A stretch of DNA of 64,000 nt from Okamejei kenojei (GCA_035221665.1 CM069143.1:10230001-10294000); one strand, 5' to 3'; counted from the stretch's first letter, positions 1 to 13,122 are shown. A program made the numbers and translations. Notes: a model not told the origin generated them from the letters alone.

Positions 1-705
1 TATTTGCACTTAGTACACAACCCAAAACTGCATGGTTGTAGGCATTACAGTTACATGCAATGGGCCACTTCATGAGAATAATCAAACATTTTGTCTGGCA
101 ACAATTATCGAGGGAACTCTACCAACATTCTATGTGGTGTGTCATTTTTAAATGATTTTTGGTTTAATTTGTTAGATTAGGAAAAAGTGAATGGAATGTG
201 CCAATACTTCAAGAGCAATTTGTGGTGAATTGTGCATAATTCCTATGAAGTATTATTCTCCGGTGGCACATTCCAGCCAATGCCTCTTTTACGTCTACTC
301 TTGCTGCAAGAGGACCAGTAAATGTGCACTTATTGATGATCAAACTGACATCAAGAGGAGCGATCAGTGACAGTTCACTGTCCCCCAGTGTCCTTGATTC
401 TTGCTCCTTTAGATTAAATGCCCACCATGGTACTCAGATGAAAGGTAAATACATGATGTGTATCGCTGCAGTATCTCTGAATGTCCTATCAGTGGGCTTG
501 GCCATAGCTCTGCCAAGCTCTGATCACAAATTGAAACATTTTTTAGTGTCTATGACATTAATACTGCTGTAATATTAATAATTATTGTCATTGGTGTCGG
601 TCAATTTCCAGGCCTTGAAATGGAGTACAAGTTGATCTAAATCAGGAAAAATATTGTTGACAATGAAATGCTTTGTATGTGTGCACATGTGCAGTGGATA
701 AGTAA

Positions 706-1511
706 AGGGCATGTCCCATTTCGGTGACTTTTTAGGCGAGTGCAGGAGACTCTGCGCTCGCCTCATGATCGCCACATGGTCGCCACATGTTCGCTGGTGG
801 TCTCTGGTGAGTCTCCTTCATGGTCGAGAGGAGTTCCCGCATTCTGGGAACTAGTCAACATGTTGAAAAACTTTCTGCGACCATAAATTAGTCGTCATGG
901 AGAAAATCGATACTTTTGTAGTCGTAGGTGCAGTGGTAGTGGGGTCGCCATGTAGTTATAGGTAGTCGAAGTAGCCGTAGGTAGTTTTAGTTAATCTCCT
1001 TTGCTGACCAGACATTTTCATTGGCCCATTGGGGGAAAAAAAACATAAGCACGAGTTTTCAGAACCAAGGAAAACCGACCGGTAATGTTAAATGCCCACA
1101 AAACTTCACAGCTGTGTATCTCTGGCTGATTAAAGGTTGTCTGGCTTCTTAAAAGTGTCTCCACTCCTTCTCTCCTCCCCCCTTCTCCACCCCCCTTCTC
1201 CACCCCCCCCCCCCTTATCCCCCCTTCTCCCCCCCCCCCCCCCCCCGCTCTTTTAAAGGACTTACCATACACTGTGCTAGCCATCTTAACCTTCCTGTTC
1301 ATCGCGGCGTGTGTCTGTATCACCTTGGCTTTGCACCATGTGAATTTCAGACAGCGCTCCCCCACTTTCCCTGACCCCGCCTTTGCGATGTGTTTGTGTG
1401 TGTGTTCCGCTCTGATGGTCGCCATTCCAGTTCGCGGTTTTTCAGGCGAGTGCCTCGAGCTTGAAGGTCGTAGGCAGTCTGCTGAAAAGTCGCCTAAGTG
1501 GGATAGGCCCT
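706..1511. mobile_element. PIF/Harbinger-type MITE (806 bp)
   Basis: Imperfect terminal inverted repeats (TIRs) AGGGCATGTCCCATTTCGGTGACTTTT / AAAAGTCGCCTAAGTGGGATAGGCCCT, flanked by TAA at 703-705 and 1512-1514 (3-bp TWA TSD typical of PIF/Harbinger). No transposase ORF; internal poly-C tract at about 1170-1250. Confidence 0.85.
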
Positions 1512-3581
1512 TAAGTGCAGTATAACTCAAATTATGCCAAAGTTGTATTTTTGTGCTTAAAAGTTGTTAAACTCTAAGAGGAGACGGCAGTGCAAATGCA
1601 CTCTAATTATATTACATGAGGCTGCTTGTGAGAATAAAAGTAACCTTGACAAGTGCAGGTTTGAGTAGTTGCCACCTTTCTTCAGTGGTGTTAACTTTAT
1701 ATTGGCTCCTGTACATGGGAGTATTTTGGCTATCTCACAAGGCAAATCTTTTTTACTCCATTGGAAAGGAAGACAATTAAGACTTAAAGATGATATGAGG
1801 GCAATTGATGTTGACTCTACTATTTTGAGGTCCCAGGCGGCAGGTGGGAGAAGTTGATATTCAGTCAGCAAAATAATTCTGATCAATTTTTTCAGATCTC
1901 CCCATAGAAAAGCTTTTCTCATGATCGATAAAGCTGTCTAAACATAAATGGTGATTTATTGTGGAATCTATTCTTCTGCAGTAGAGGTGCGATACAAACA
2001 AATCTCTTAGTTACAGATCTGTGACAATTTAACCTTTATTTCAGAGCATACAGTAAGAAAGTAAGAAAGCATACAGGAAGGGATTCCACTAATCCCAGCA
2101 TCTTTCTGACAAAAAGATCTCAAATTAAAATAAGATTACATTTTTAGTTATGTTTATGTTTCATGTATGTCAGTTAAGCCTTCTGGTGTTCCATCTTTTT
2201 TGATTATTTGCTTTCATCGTATGGAAGTAATGAATACCAACCAATCACATCCGACAGCCATTTACTGCGACTTTTAACTCTAAAAGCTAGCTCTAATGTA
2301 CCAACGTGGTAATATCCAACCGGACCAAATGAAAAATGCTCATTTTAACCAGAACTAATGTTCAACAGTTCCTGTTATTTGGAACAGTTTTATTACAAAG
2401 ATTAATGACAACCCTGTGGCTAGTCTGAGCTCACATTCTACACCTTTTTCTTATAAAAAAGAAATTCCATGTTTTAATATTACCAAGCTGCTGAGTAAAC
2501 CTTTGTTTTATGCTCATATGCTCATAAAAAAACTGATGTACTTCAATCAAAGTAAACCGATTCTTTTCTCTTTCAAATGTAAGGGCCCATTACTGATCAC
2601 ACTGTAATGTAAAATGCTTTCAGAATTATGCAGTTTCCAAATTCTTGCATCATATTTATTTACCTTGTCTAGCTATATAAAAAGATGACAGCTTTAGTTT
2701 CAAAAACAAGCCAATCTTCTCAATGATTTGCAATAGCAAGACCTAAAAAATATTATAACGACAATTGCATTGACGTGAAATATCCATTACTGATTTTAGA
2801 ACATCACTTTAATCATTTATTTTGATTAATAAACCACAGCATAGCGAAGATTATATTAAAATATTAAATTAAATGTAATATTTAATGGATATAATTCACA
2901 TTTTTGTTCCGACGAGGAAGTCTGACAGTCAGGAAATAGCTGAACCTCACAAAATGGGATTTGACTGGCTTTGATCCAGCTGAAGGAGCTGCTTTATGCT
3001 ATACAGCACAAAACTGAAAGTTGAAGGAAGATTGGACAGTTGCAATGACTCTCCATCTTTCGAGTTCACAAAAGGAAAATTCATCAGTACAACACAGGAT
3101 GAGAACATAAAGTTAAAGGTTGTTTATCAATTTAAAAGACTTTGCTGGGTGTTTCATGGGCATGGCAAAGTACCGGAGTCGCTCTGGGAACACATACTTT
3201 CTATCTATCACTGTACAGCATGCCCCTCTGTCCATAGGTGTTAGAAAAAAATCCTCTTGAAATTCTAACAATGAATCTCTAATACTTCTATATCTGCCTT
3301 CTTCACATAAACCTTTTGATAAATCTATTCAGATTTAAAGAATTGTTTCTTTTAAGATACAAATAAATATAAGGAAATTTACAGCTTACTGCATCACAAC
3401 AGTTGTCATATATAGTATGTGATGTCATGGAGTCATGCAGAATGGAAACATTCCCCTCAGCCTGACTTGGCCATGCTGACAAAGAAGTCCCAACTACAGT
3501 AGTCCTACCTGCCTCATAGCCCTCTAAACTTTTTCTATCCATGTACTTGTGCAAATGTACTTTCAATGTTGTTACAGTTTC

Positions 3582-4275
3582 ATAGACATAGACATAAAAA
3601 CATAGAAAATAGGTGCAGGAGTAGGCCATTCGGCCCTTCGAGCCTGCACCGCCATTCAATATGATCATGGCTGATCATCCAACTCAGTATCCCGTACCTG
3701 CCTTCTCTCCATACCCCCTGATCCCTTTAGCCACAAGGGCCACATCTAACTCCCTCTTAAATATAGGCAATGAACTGGCCTCAACTACCTTCTGTGGCAA
3801 TGAATTCCAGAGATTCACCACTCTCTGTGTGAAATTTTTTTTTCTCATCTCGTTCCGAAAAGATTTCCCCCTTATCCTTATTCTGTGACCCCTTGTTCTG
3901 GACTTCCCCAACATCGGGAACAATCTTCCTGCATCTAGCCTGTCCAACCCCTTAAGAATTTTGTAACTTTCTATAAGATCCCCCCTCAATCTTCTAAATT
4001 CTAGCGAGTACAAGCCGAGTCTTTCCAGTCTTTCTTCATATGAAAGTCCTGACATTCCAGGAATCAGTCTGGTGAACCTTCTCTGTACTCCCTCTATGGC
4101 AAGAATATCTTTCCTCAGATTAGGAGACCAAAACTATACGCAATACTCCAGGTGTGGTCTCACCAAGACCCTGTACAACTGCAGTAGAACCTCCCTGCTT
4201 TTGTACTCAAATACTTTTGTGATGAAGGTCAACATACCATTCGCTTTCTTCACTGCCTGCTGCACCTGCATGCCT
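3582..4275 (-). mobile_element. Young 5'-truncated CR1 LINE, (CTATGTTT)n-tail subfamily
   Basis: ORFs 3684..4055 and 4134..4382 give the CR1 ORF2 C-terminus (LYRVLVRPHLEYCVQ; LSYEERLERLGLYSLEFRRLRGDLIE; RTRGH); tail seen as catagaaa repeats; nearly identical to 61733-62758. Confidence 0.92.
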
Positions 4276-4307
4276 ACTTTCAATGACTGGTGTACTGCCT
4301 TAACTCC

Positions 4308-4465
4308 AATAGACAATAGACAATAGGTGTAGGAGTAGGCCATTCGACCCTTCGAGCCAGCACCGCCATTCAATGTGATCATGGCTGATCATCCCCAATC
4401 AGTACCCCGTTCCTGCCTTCTCCCCATATCTCCTGACTCTGTTGTTTTTAGGAGCCCCATCTAGC
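4308..4465 (-). mobile_element. CR1 3' end, (CTATTGT)n-tail subfamily
   Basis: caatagacaatagacaatagg tail followed by the conserved CR1 3' hairpin region; same subfamily as 10340-10915 and 34913-35428. Confidence 0.85.
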
Positions 4466-4756
4466 TCTTTGGCAGCTCATTCCATATACCCACCAACCTC
4501 TGTATGAAAAGGTTGCCCTCAGTTTCCTATTAAATCTTTCCCCTCTCAGCTGAATCCTATGTCCCTGGTTCTTGATTCCCCCTACTCTGAGTAAAAGGCT
4601 GTGCATTGACCCTATCCATTCCCCTCATAATTATATGCACCTATATAAGGTCACCCTTCAGCCTCATGCAATCCACAGAATAAAGCCGTAGGCTACCCAT
4701 CCTCTCCCCATTGCTCAGGCCCTCAAATCCCTGCAACATCCTCATAAATCTTCTAC

Positions 4757-4897
4757 GACACGATATGATACAATAGAACTTTATTTATCTCAGGCGGGAA
4801 ATTGATCTCCCATCTGTCATAAAAACACAAAATGCATGAAACATGAAATTAAAGTGACGAGTGAAAGGATTGGGGATGTGCAAAGATTGGGGAGGCT
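4757..4897 (-). mobile_element. 3' tail of a Rex1/Babar-like LINE
   Basis: Reverse complement matches 32680-32830 (ccaatctttgcacatccccaatcc...gataaataaag plus short-repeat tail). Confidence 0.6.
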
Positions 4898-5780
4898 TTC
4901 CAGCTTAATTTTCCCACGACTCTGCTGCTCACACCCCATCCCCCCACTCGTAACAAGGGCAGAGTCCCCCTCGTTCTCACCTTCCACTCTACCAGCCGTC
5001 ACATACAACGAATAATCCTCCGACATTTTCGCCACCTCCAATGTGATACCACCACTTGCCACATCTTCCCATCTCCTCCCCTGTCTGCTCTCCGCAGAGA
5101 CCACTCCCTCCGCAACTCCCTAGTCAATGCGTCCCTTCCCACCCGAACCACCCTCTCTCCGGGCACTTTCCCTTGCAACCGCAGGAAATGCTACACTTGT
5201 CGCTTTACCTCCTATCTTGACTCCATTCAAGGACCCAAGCAGCCTTTTCAGGTGCGGCAGAGGTTCACTTGCACCTCCTCCAACCTCATCTATTGCATCC
5301 GCTGCTTTAGGTGTCAGCTGCTCTACATCGGTGAGACCAAGCGTAGGCTTGGCGATCGCTTTACCTAACACCGCCGCTCAGTTCGCACTAACCAACCTGA
5401 TCTCCCGGTGGCTCAGCACTTCAACTCCCCCTCCCACTCCGAATCTTCTGACCTTTCTGTCCTGGGCCTCCTCCATAGCCAGAGTGAGGACCACCGTAAA
5501 TTGGAGGAGCAGCACCTCATATTTCGCTTGGGCAGTTTGCACCCCAGCAGTATGAACAATGACTTCTCTAATTTCAGGTAGTCCCTACTTTCTTCTCCCC
5601 TTCTCAGCTCTCCCTCAGCCCACTGTCTCCACTTCCTTTGTTCTTCCCGCCATTTCCCCCCCCCCCCCCCCCCCCCCCCACCCTCACATCAGTCTGAAGA
5701 AGGGTCTCGACCCGAACCGTTGCCTATTTCCTTCGGTCCATAGATGCTGCTTCACCCGCTGAGTTTCTCCAGCATTTTCC
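4898..5780 (+). mobile_element. Penelope-like retroelement 3' part (GIY-YIG endonuclease, disrupted)
   Basis: Frame from 5162 reads GTFPCNRRKCYTC...NLIYCIRCFRCQLLYIGETKRRLGDRF*H...PVAQHFNS...LEEQHLIFRLGSLHP..MN, the Cys-rich linker plus GIY-YIG domain of Penelope elements. It is followed by a terminal repeat with a hammerhead-like motif at 5694-5721. Confidence 0.9.
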
Positions 5781-7936
5781 AACTTAACAACATCCATCTT
5801 ATTGGAGGGTGATCAAAACTGAATACAATACTCTAAATCCAGCACACCAACATATTGTATAACTGTAACATTACATCCCAATTTCTATACTCAATACCTT
5901 GACTGATAAAGGCCAGTGTACCAAAAGCCTTCTTGACCACCTGTCTACTTGCGACAATACTTTCAGGGAACTATGAACTTGAACTCCTACATGCCTCTGC
6001 TCTACAACACTCCCCTGGTCACTGCCATTCACTGTGAAGGTCCTGCCCTGAGTTCCCAAAATGCATTAAACTCAATTAACTTTTCCTCAGCCCACTTGCC
6101 CAACTGATCAAGGACCTGCTGTAACTTTTGATAACCAACTTGCCTATCTACGATACTACCCACTTTTGTGTCATCTGCAAACTTACTAATTTTGCCTTCT
6201 ACATTTAATCCAAATCATTGATATAAACCACACACAACAATGGGCCCAGCATCAAAACCTATGGCAAACCGCATAGGCCTCCAATCTGAAAAACAACCTT
6301 TCATCTTTGCCCTTGAATTCAATTCTCTATCCAATTGGCTAGCTCGCTCTGGATCCTATTCGATCTAACATTCCAGAGCAGCATACCATGCGGAATCTTA
6401 TCAAATACCTTTGCTGAAGTCCATATAGACCAAGTCTATGGTTTTGCCCTCATCAACCTTTTGGGTTTCTTCCTCAAATGATCAATGACCCTTTTGTCGC
6501 ATCTGCCTTAACATTTACCCTGTATTCTCAAGCCATGAAATGGGAAGCTTTGAAATTGCCAGCCACCAGTATGACTCTCGCAGTGCAGAATGCAAATGTT
6601 CAAAAATTGTATAGGAAATTATTAATACCACCGCCTTTCATGATGAGCTTGAATCTTTCTAACAAAGCAAATTAAACCATTGCACAATTCTGTTCACCTG
6701 GAGCTAACGCCTAATTGGACAGTTGGTTTCAACAATGGACAACGACATCTGGGACCAAATCCAGCAAAGGCAACTCATTCTGGAATTTCCTGACACCTGG
6801 TGCACAAATGGAGCCAGAAAACCAAATGACTCATGACCATCCCAAACAAAACCCAATAATTATATGTAGCTGATTAGTTTCCACAATCTACCATTGAGCA
6901 AAAATCAACTGGCATATTCCATTAACAAAAGGGAAGGATTTGTTCAACTAATCATCATTTGGAATGCTGGCAAATAGCAAATTCATATTTAGCTGAATAG
7001 TAAGTCAGACCAACCTAACATGATTTAATTGGAAAAACCATTGAAATTGTGAATGAAATAAATGACGAAAATCTATGGTAGATACAGTTTCAGTAGTAGA
7101 TACAGATTCAGTTATTTTAAAAGGGAATTGGATCACTACTTGAAAAAGAGGGTCAAAAATATATTGCTTTGGGAAAAGAGCAGCAGAGTGGAGTTTAGCA
7201 ATTCCCTCAGAGAGGATGTCCAGAAATGATGGCCTGAAATGCTTGTCTATCCTATTTGAATCTATGATCTCTCCCAAGCCATTAATTTAATTGTATCAAT
7301 TAACCAGAAGGTCCCAATTGGGCTGTATTTAGATAACCATTAAAAATGGACAAGAAATTATGATGCATTATTACGCTTTCTGCATATTTTTACTTTCTGA
7401 AGGCAGCTATCCTAGGGTCTGGCCTTTCAAAGGTTATCAATGCACAAGCAATGCTAACCATCCAGTCCACTGACCTTAATTGAAAAGTTTGGTATTTTGT
7501 GCTTAATACATTTAATCCACACTAATTAAAGACAACCTTTGCCTTTCAAGGTTACACTATCTTCAGACAAAATTATAAGACTGTCTTCAGGAGACAGACT
7601 TGTCAAAGTAGTTTAAGTACAGATGGAACAAGGCTTCCTGTCTGCTGAGAAGGCACAGGGCATTTATCTATGTGAAACATTTTGTCACATGTCAAGGTGT
7701 GAATGTGGAATCTCTCTCAGTTGCAGTAGTCACTGAGTTAACCTTTAAAAGTAATATGCATCCGGTCAATGGTATCCTGGACCCAAACACAGCCCACAAC
7801 GTAAGGTGCATGCAGCCAAGACACCAGATTGTACTGGACCAAGTCCACTGCCTACATTCCTTGCATCTACACTTGCTTGGTTGGCTGAAATGGGGAATGT
7901 CCTGTGAAAGCAAGCATGCCTGGAAGCAATTGATTG

Positions 7937-8108
7937 AAACATAGAAACATAGAAACATAGAAATTAGGTGCAGGAGTAGGCCATTCAGCCCTTCGAGCCT
8001 GCACCGCCATTCAATATGATCATGGCTGATCATCCAACTCAGTATCCCGTACCTGCCTTCTCTCCATACCCTCTGATCCCCTTAGCCACAAGGGCCACAT
8101 CCAACTCA
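7937..8108 (-). mobile_element. CR1 3' end, (CTATGTTT)n-tail subfamily
   Basis: (aaacatag)3 tail plus sequence nearly identical to 3600-3752. Confidence 0.9.
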
Positions 8109-9526
8109 CTCATAAGCATGACAATGTTTTTTAGTGCCCTGGAGTTACTTGGAGTCATTTGTAACTTTTAAAGAGATCTAGAAACCACCAAATCCCTGTT
8201 GAATTACAGCACCAGCAGATGGATAACGAGAAGTATCTAACTTGCAAATAACTGGTTGGCTTTTGGAGGTGTGGAGCTCCAATTTAGAAGCACAAATGAC
8301 AAAACTATGTTGTAAGCTGGTTGATGTTAGGATCTGCTTAAAATGCATATTTCCATTGTGCATTGCTGTTGTACATCTTAACATGTATGGTGGTCATGGC
8401 ACAAATGAGCTTTCGTCACAATATTGAAATCAGGTCAGCATTTATATGTCAAGACAGCATACATTTCTGTCATAGAATCATAGATCAGCATGTCCAAATG
8501 TGGTGCATAATGTTTGATTGAGAAGAAACATCTGGAGAATTGGGCATGAACTGTTTGTTGGTGCACTTCATGAACCAGTTCTACATGTAGGGGAAGACGG
8601 CACTTCAAAAACAAATCACCCAAATATACCTATAGCTTATTCAGGAGTTAAAATGATGACAGGATACATTACCACAGACTAATTCATTTTAGTTTGATAG
8701 TAACACAATCGATGGAAGAAATGATTTATTCTACTTTGGTATCTAATTAAATTGTTACCGTGATATTGTATCTGTTTTATATCTAAAACACATAAACTAC
8801 ATTTGTTTTTTATTTTAAATGATTTAGACTATAGGTGCGTGGAAATTCTGCTTGTTTGTTAGTGGTGTTAACTTGAGATGGAATATTCATGCTGTGGATG
8901 ATTTAACTCTGATACCTTGTAAAAATTGTTTAACATTCTATTCTCACAAACCTGACTAATTTCCCCTTTGCTTTCTCATTCTTTGATGCTATACCTTTCG
9001 AGTTCTTTCCTCGCTATTTATTAGTCCAGTTGTTTTGAAATGTACCATAGATGGGAAAATCACAAGGGAGAGATTATCATAAGTAAAACATAAATAATAA
9101 TAATCTTTAAATGTTTAAAAATACAGTAGAAAGAAGATCCAAAATCATAAAAAATCATTAAATTCAGTGCTTCACTGCAAGACAGGGTTAAAACATCATA
9201 AATAGAACGTGCAATCTGGTGGCTTTGATCAGAAACCACCTGGGTATATTGCTGGTTCTGGGCCACCTTATATGTAAATCATTTTAATATTCATCTGTAT
9301 TCGTTATTTATCCATGTGATGCTCAATGTTATTATGGAAGAACATTGTCTTTAAACCTAAACTAAAGGGAGTAACCAGTCTGTGGCATTATTATGCTTTA
9401 GCAGTCTATAGCCTCCTAGCCACTACTATACCACTGCTCAATGAAATCATCTGACAATAGATTTTACTTATATTCAAACAGGCATTTTCTCCAGCTCTGT
9501 CTCTCAAGCCAAGCCGATCTCTCATT

Positions 9527-9742
9527 GTATAGGAAGTAACTGCAGATGTTGGTTTAAAATGAAGATGGACATAAAAAGCTGGAGTAACTGAGCGGGACAG
9601 GTAGCATCTCCAGAGAGAAGGAATGGGTGATGTTTTGGGTCGAGACGTCAGAAGAAGGGTCTCAACCCGAAACGTCACCCATTCATTCTCCCCACAGATG
9701 CTGCCTTTCCCGCTGAGATACTCCAGCTTTTTGTGTCTATCT
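9527..9742. mobile_element. Penelope-derived short element, inverted (fold-back) pair of terminal repeats
   Basis: Left arm aaaagctggagtaactgagcgggacaggtagcatct...gggtgatgttttggg is the reverse complement of the right arm cccgaaacgtcaccc...agatgctgcctttcccgctgagatactccagcttttt; homologous to 5690-5780. Confidence 0.8.
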
Positions 9743-10339
9743 CCCATTTCATTGGTTTGTTACAGTGAACATACTAGCTAATCAACCCTAATTCCATCTC
9801 ACTCTTCACCCCAGTCCAATACAATGTTAAGCACAAGAAAAATGTGACTCCTTCCAGTCAACTTTTGGCCACATGCCTGGGGATAACATTTCTCTAGTTT
9901 GCATATTTGAATATGCACATGCACACAACATGCCAAATAATTTAAAGAGCTGTACCTTTGTAATTAGCATGTTTAGTTTATTTGACTGTACACAGCATTT
10001 CCACCATCACCTAATGGGAGTTTTCTTCTTTCTTGAAATCTGTGTATTTGCAACATTCAAAGCCAGGCTTCAATACATTAACTCCGGACAATTGAGGGTT
10101 CAGGAAGAGTGAGAGAGCCAGATTTCTTGTGCACTTAACATGGATCAGATATAGCATTCAAGTCATATTCAATTTTAGCTTCAGCCAAGATTGCTTTGTT
10201 TGGTTTGATTGTGTCAAGCAATTTTCCATGAATAACTTGCTAATATTATAATTGATGGTCTTTCTTGGTTTGTGTTCACATTCACTGTAGAAATTAGTTA
10301 ATCTTTCTGAACATTGAACAAGGCATACAACCACCAAAC

Positions 10340-10915
10340 AGCACTGCAGTTGTACAGGGCCCTAGTGAGACCACACCTGGAGTATTGTGTGCAGTTTTGG
10401 TCCCCTAATTTGAGGAAGGACATTCTTGCTATTGAAGGAGTGCAACGTAGGTTTACAAGGTTAATTCCCGGGATGACGGGACTGTCATATGCTGAGAGAA
10501 TGGAGCAGCTGGGCTTGTACACTCTGGAGTTTAGAAGGATGAGAGGCAATCTCATTGAAACATATAAGATTGTTAAGGGCTTGGACACACTAGAGGCAAG
10601 AAACATGTTCCCGATGTTGCGGGAGTCCAGAACCAGGGGCCACAGTTTAAGAATAAGGAGTAAGCCATTTAGAACAGAGATTCTCACTTTTTCTCATAGA
10701 GATTGGTGAGTCTGTGGAATTCTCTGCCTCAGTGGAGGCGGGTTCTCTGGATGCTTTCAAGAGAGAGCTAGATAGGGCTCTTAAAAATAGCGGAGTCAGG
10801 GGATATGGGGAGAAGGCAGGTACTGATTGTGGATGATCAGCCATGATCACATTGAATGGCGGTGCTGGCTCGAAGGGCCAAATGGCCTACTCCTGCACCT
10901 ATTGTCTATTGTCTA
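10340..10915 (+). mobile_element. 5'-truncated CR1 LINE, (CTATTGT)n-tail subfamily
   Basis: ORF 10314..10709 gives LQLYRALVRPHLEYCVQFWSP...RTRGH; ends with cctattgtctattgtctat. Confidence 0.92.
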
Positions 10916-11911
10916 TAACTAAAATGCATTCAGCATTTTTACAGGGAAATTGACAAATACCATCAGATTATATTATTCTGAATTTGCAAACAAGACAAAA
11001 CCAGAATGAAATGTAATATCAGGATCTAAATATTTAACTTACTAATGGACAAATAGGATATCCCACAACCACAGGGATAGTGCTTGGAGCTGGAATTTAT
11101 ACCAAATAAAAACAATTAGAAATTTCATGTCTTTGTTTTTGAGGGAGGTGACCAGCTAAATAGTACATCATATGGAAAGGATGATAATAAATAATTAAAT
11201 CCTAACCAATTGCACATGCATATAACTAACTAGCCAGTCTTCCCAAGCACAAAGCCAAACTAACACCTTCATCTACATGCTTGGAGGTGGTGTCAGATTC
11301 AGATTTGCTTCCTGCTTTGCCAAGCTTTTCTTTATTCTTGGTCGAAACAAAATTGCATTTATTTTTGGAAATGGAAATGATTACGTTATATGAACTGAAT
11401 GGTTTTAATTAAGCTAAGAGGGGTCCTAAAATGTATAACATGCATTTTCATTTGGGGAGAATTGGAAGCAACTGTGGAATTACTTAAATTAAGTAATATG
11501 GTATGGATTCCGTACTCCAGAATTTGTCCCAATAACTGTGATTCAATGCATAAATTGTTTATAAGGGATCAATGAAAAAGCTTGATGCTGCATTTCAGCA
11601 TCATAAATTTCAAATTCAAAGAACTAAATTTGCCAGATCATCTAAACATTAACAGATGACCTTAATCCATATTATTGGCTGATTTGAACATCTTTCCTGG
11701 ACGATAGGATCATTCCTGTCTAATTTATAGCTGTAGGTTTTGGATGTATTCAGGCTGAAGAGATCAAGTGGTTCCTAGATGTCTTAAATTTTTCATTTAT
11801 GATGGTCCACAAATTTGCATATTTTTCATTCTGGCTGTTACTGGTCAGTTCTCAGTCAGGCAGGCTCTCAAACAAAATATTATGCAACATGAATCTATGT
11901 TGGAAAACTGC

Positions 11912-12095
11912 AAGCAAAATACAAGGTGCTGGAGAACCTCAGCAGGCCAGGCACCATCTGTGGAGAGAAGAGGATACAGATGCTGCCGTTTCCCGCCACA
12001 GATGCTTCCTTTTCCCTCCATAGATGCCGCCTGTCCCACTGAATTCCTCCAATACGTTGTTTTTTGCTCAAGATTCCAACATCTGCAGCCACTTT
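11912..12095. mobile_element. Degenerate Penelope-derived inverted short element
   Basis: tgctggagaacctcagcaggccaggcaccatct followed by the opposite-orientation arm agatgccgcctgtcccactgaattcctcca...aacatctgcag. Confidence 0.6.
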
Positions 12096-12914
12096 TTCTC
12101 TCCTCTTGGAAATCTGCAATGTGCAATGTCTGCAATAAACCCTGGTAAATTATTACTAATATTAGGTTGGAATGAGGCTGGAAATGTAGTTGGATTTTGG
12201 AAAAGTAGATGGAAATTGACAATATAGAAAAGCTATTTACAAGGACAAGATTGGTTCATCACCCAATACTGGAAAGATTTAGAGGCTGTCCCCTTGAGAC
12301 GCCACACATCATTGCTCCAACTGAAGGAGTACTGTATCTGCTATACCACCTACATCACTACTGGCAACTCCAGACTTTGAGGGCCCTTTTGTTAGTCACT
12401 GACTTCACCTTCATTTATATGAAGTCTAAATCAGAGAGGATCAAAAAATATTTTCTTCATCTGCTCAACTTCTCAAATTGGTTTACTTTAATTATTTTCA
12501 TATTTTTATGTTTTTGGAGGAGCCTCTGGAAAAGACCAGTTCTAACTTTCAAAGTGCACAAATTTTCCAAACTAGTTAGTGAAAAGGAAAATTATTATGC
12601 AGAAGGCCCCAGAAATTCCGAAGTTGCACTCACCTGAAGCTTTGAAAATGTACCCTGGTTTCCCTGCTGATCTTGCTGACGGATATTTCCTGGGAAGTAT
12701 TTTGCCTCTGCAATGACATGAACGTAAATTCCATCAAAGGGATTACCAAGAACTGTTATGTTCTTGCATGGAGTGCCCTTCTCAGCCTTCTCCCTCTATT
12801 GATGCACTTCCATTATTGTGCAATAAAGTGAATGCCCATTCCCCAGCACAGTGAACATTCTGAACTTTCTGAATTTTGTAATCGGCAGGGCAGTACTCTG
12901 CATATCGCCAACTT

Positions 12915-13122
12915 GGACAATTTTACATTTTTAACAAGCCAATTAACCTACAAACCTGTACGTCTTTGGAGTGTGGGAGGAAACCGAAGATCTCTGAGAA
13001 AACCCATGCAGATCATGGGGAGAACGTACAAACTCCGTACAGACAGCACCCATAGTCGGGATCGAACTCGGGTCTCTGGCGCGACATTTTGCTGTAAGGC
13101 AGCAACTCTACCGCTGTGCCAC
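12915..13122 (-). mobile_element. tRNA-derived V-SINE (HE1-like)
   Basis: Reverse strand has ggcacagcggtagagttgctgccttacagc (A box), an altered B-box region and the central gtttgtacgttctcccc...gggttt...cccacactccaaagacgtacaggtttgtagg domain; homologous to 38648-38955. Confidence 0.85.

Larger units (their letters stand above)
3425..6470 (-). mobile_element. Old degraded CR1-like LINE, split by younger insertions
   Basis: CR1 3'-UTR and RT-like remnants at about 3425-3580, 4470-4755 and 5785-6470 (e.g. tttgtgtcatctgcaaact = reverse FADDTK) continue colinearly across the inserts. Confidence 0.65.

Noticed and set aside
1018-1530. 170-aa Gly-rich ORF
   Set aside because: It arises from the poly-C tract inside a MITE and has no transposase motifs.
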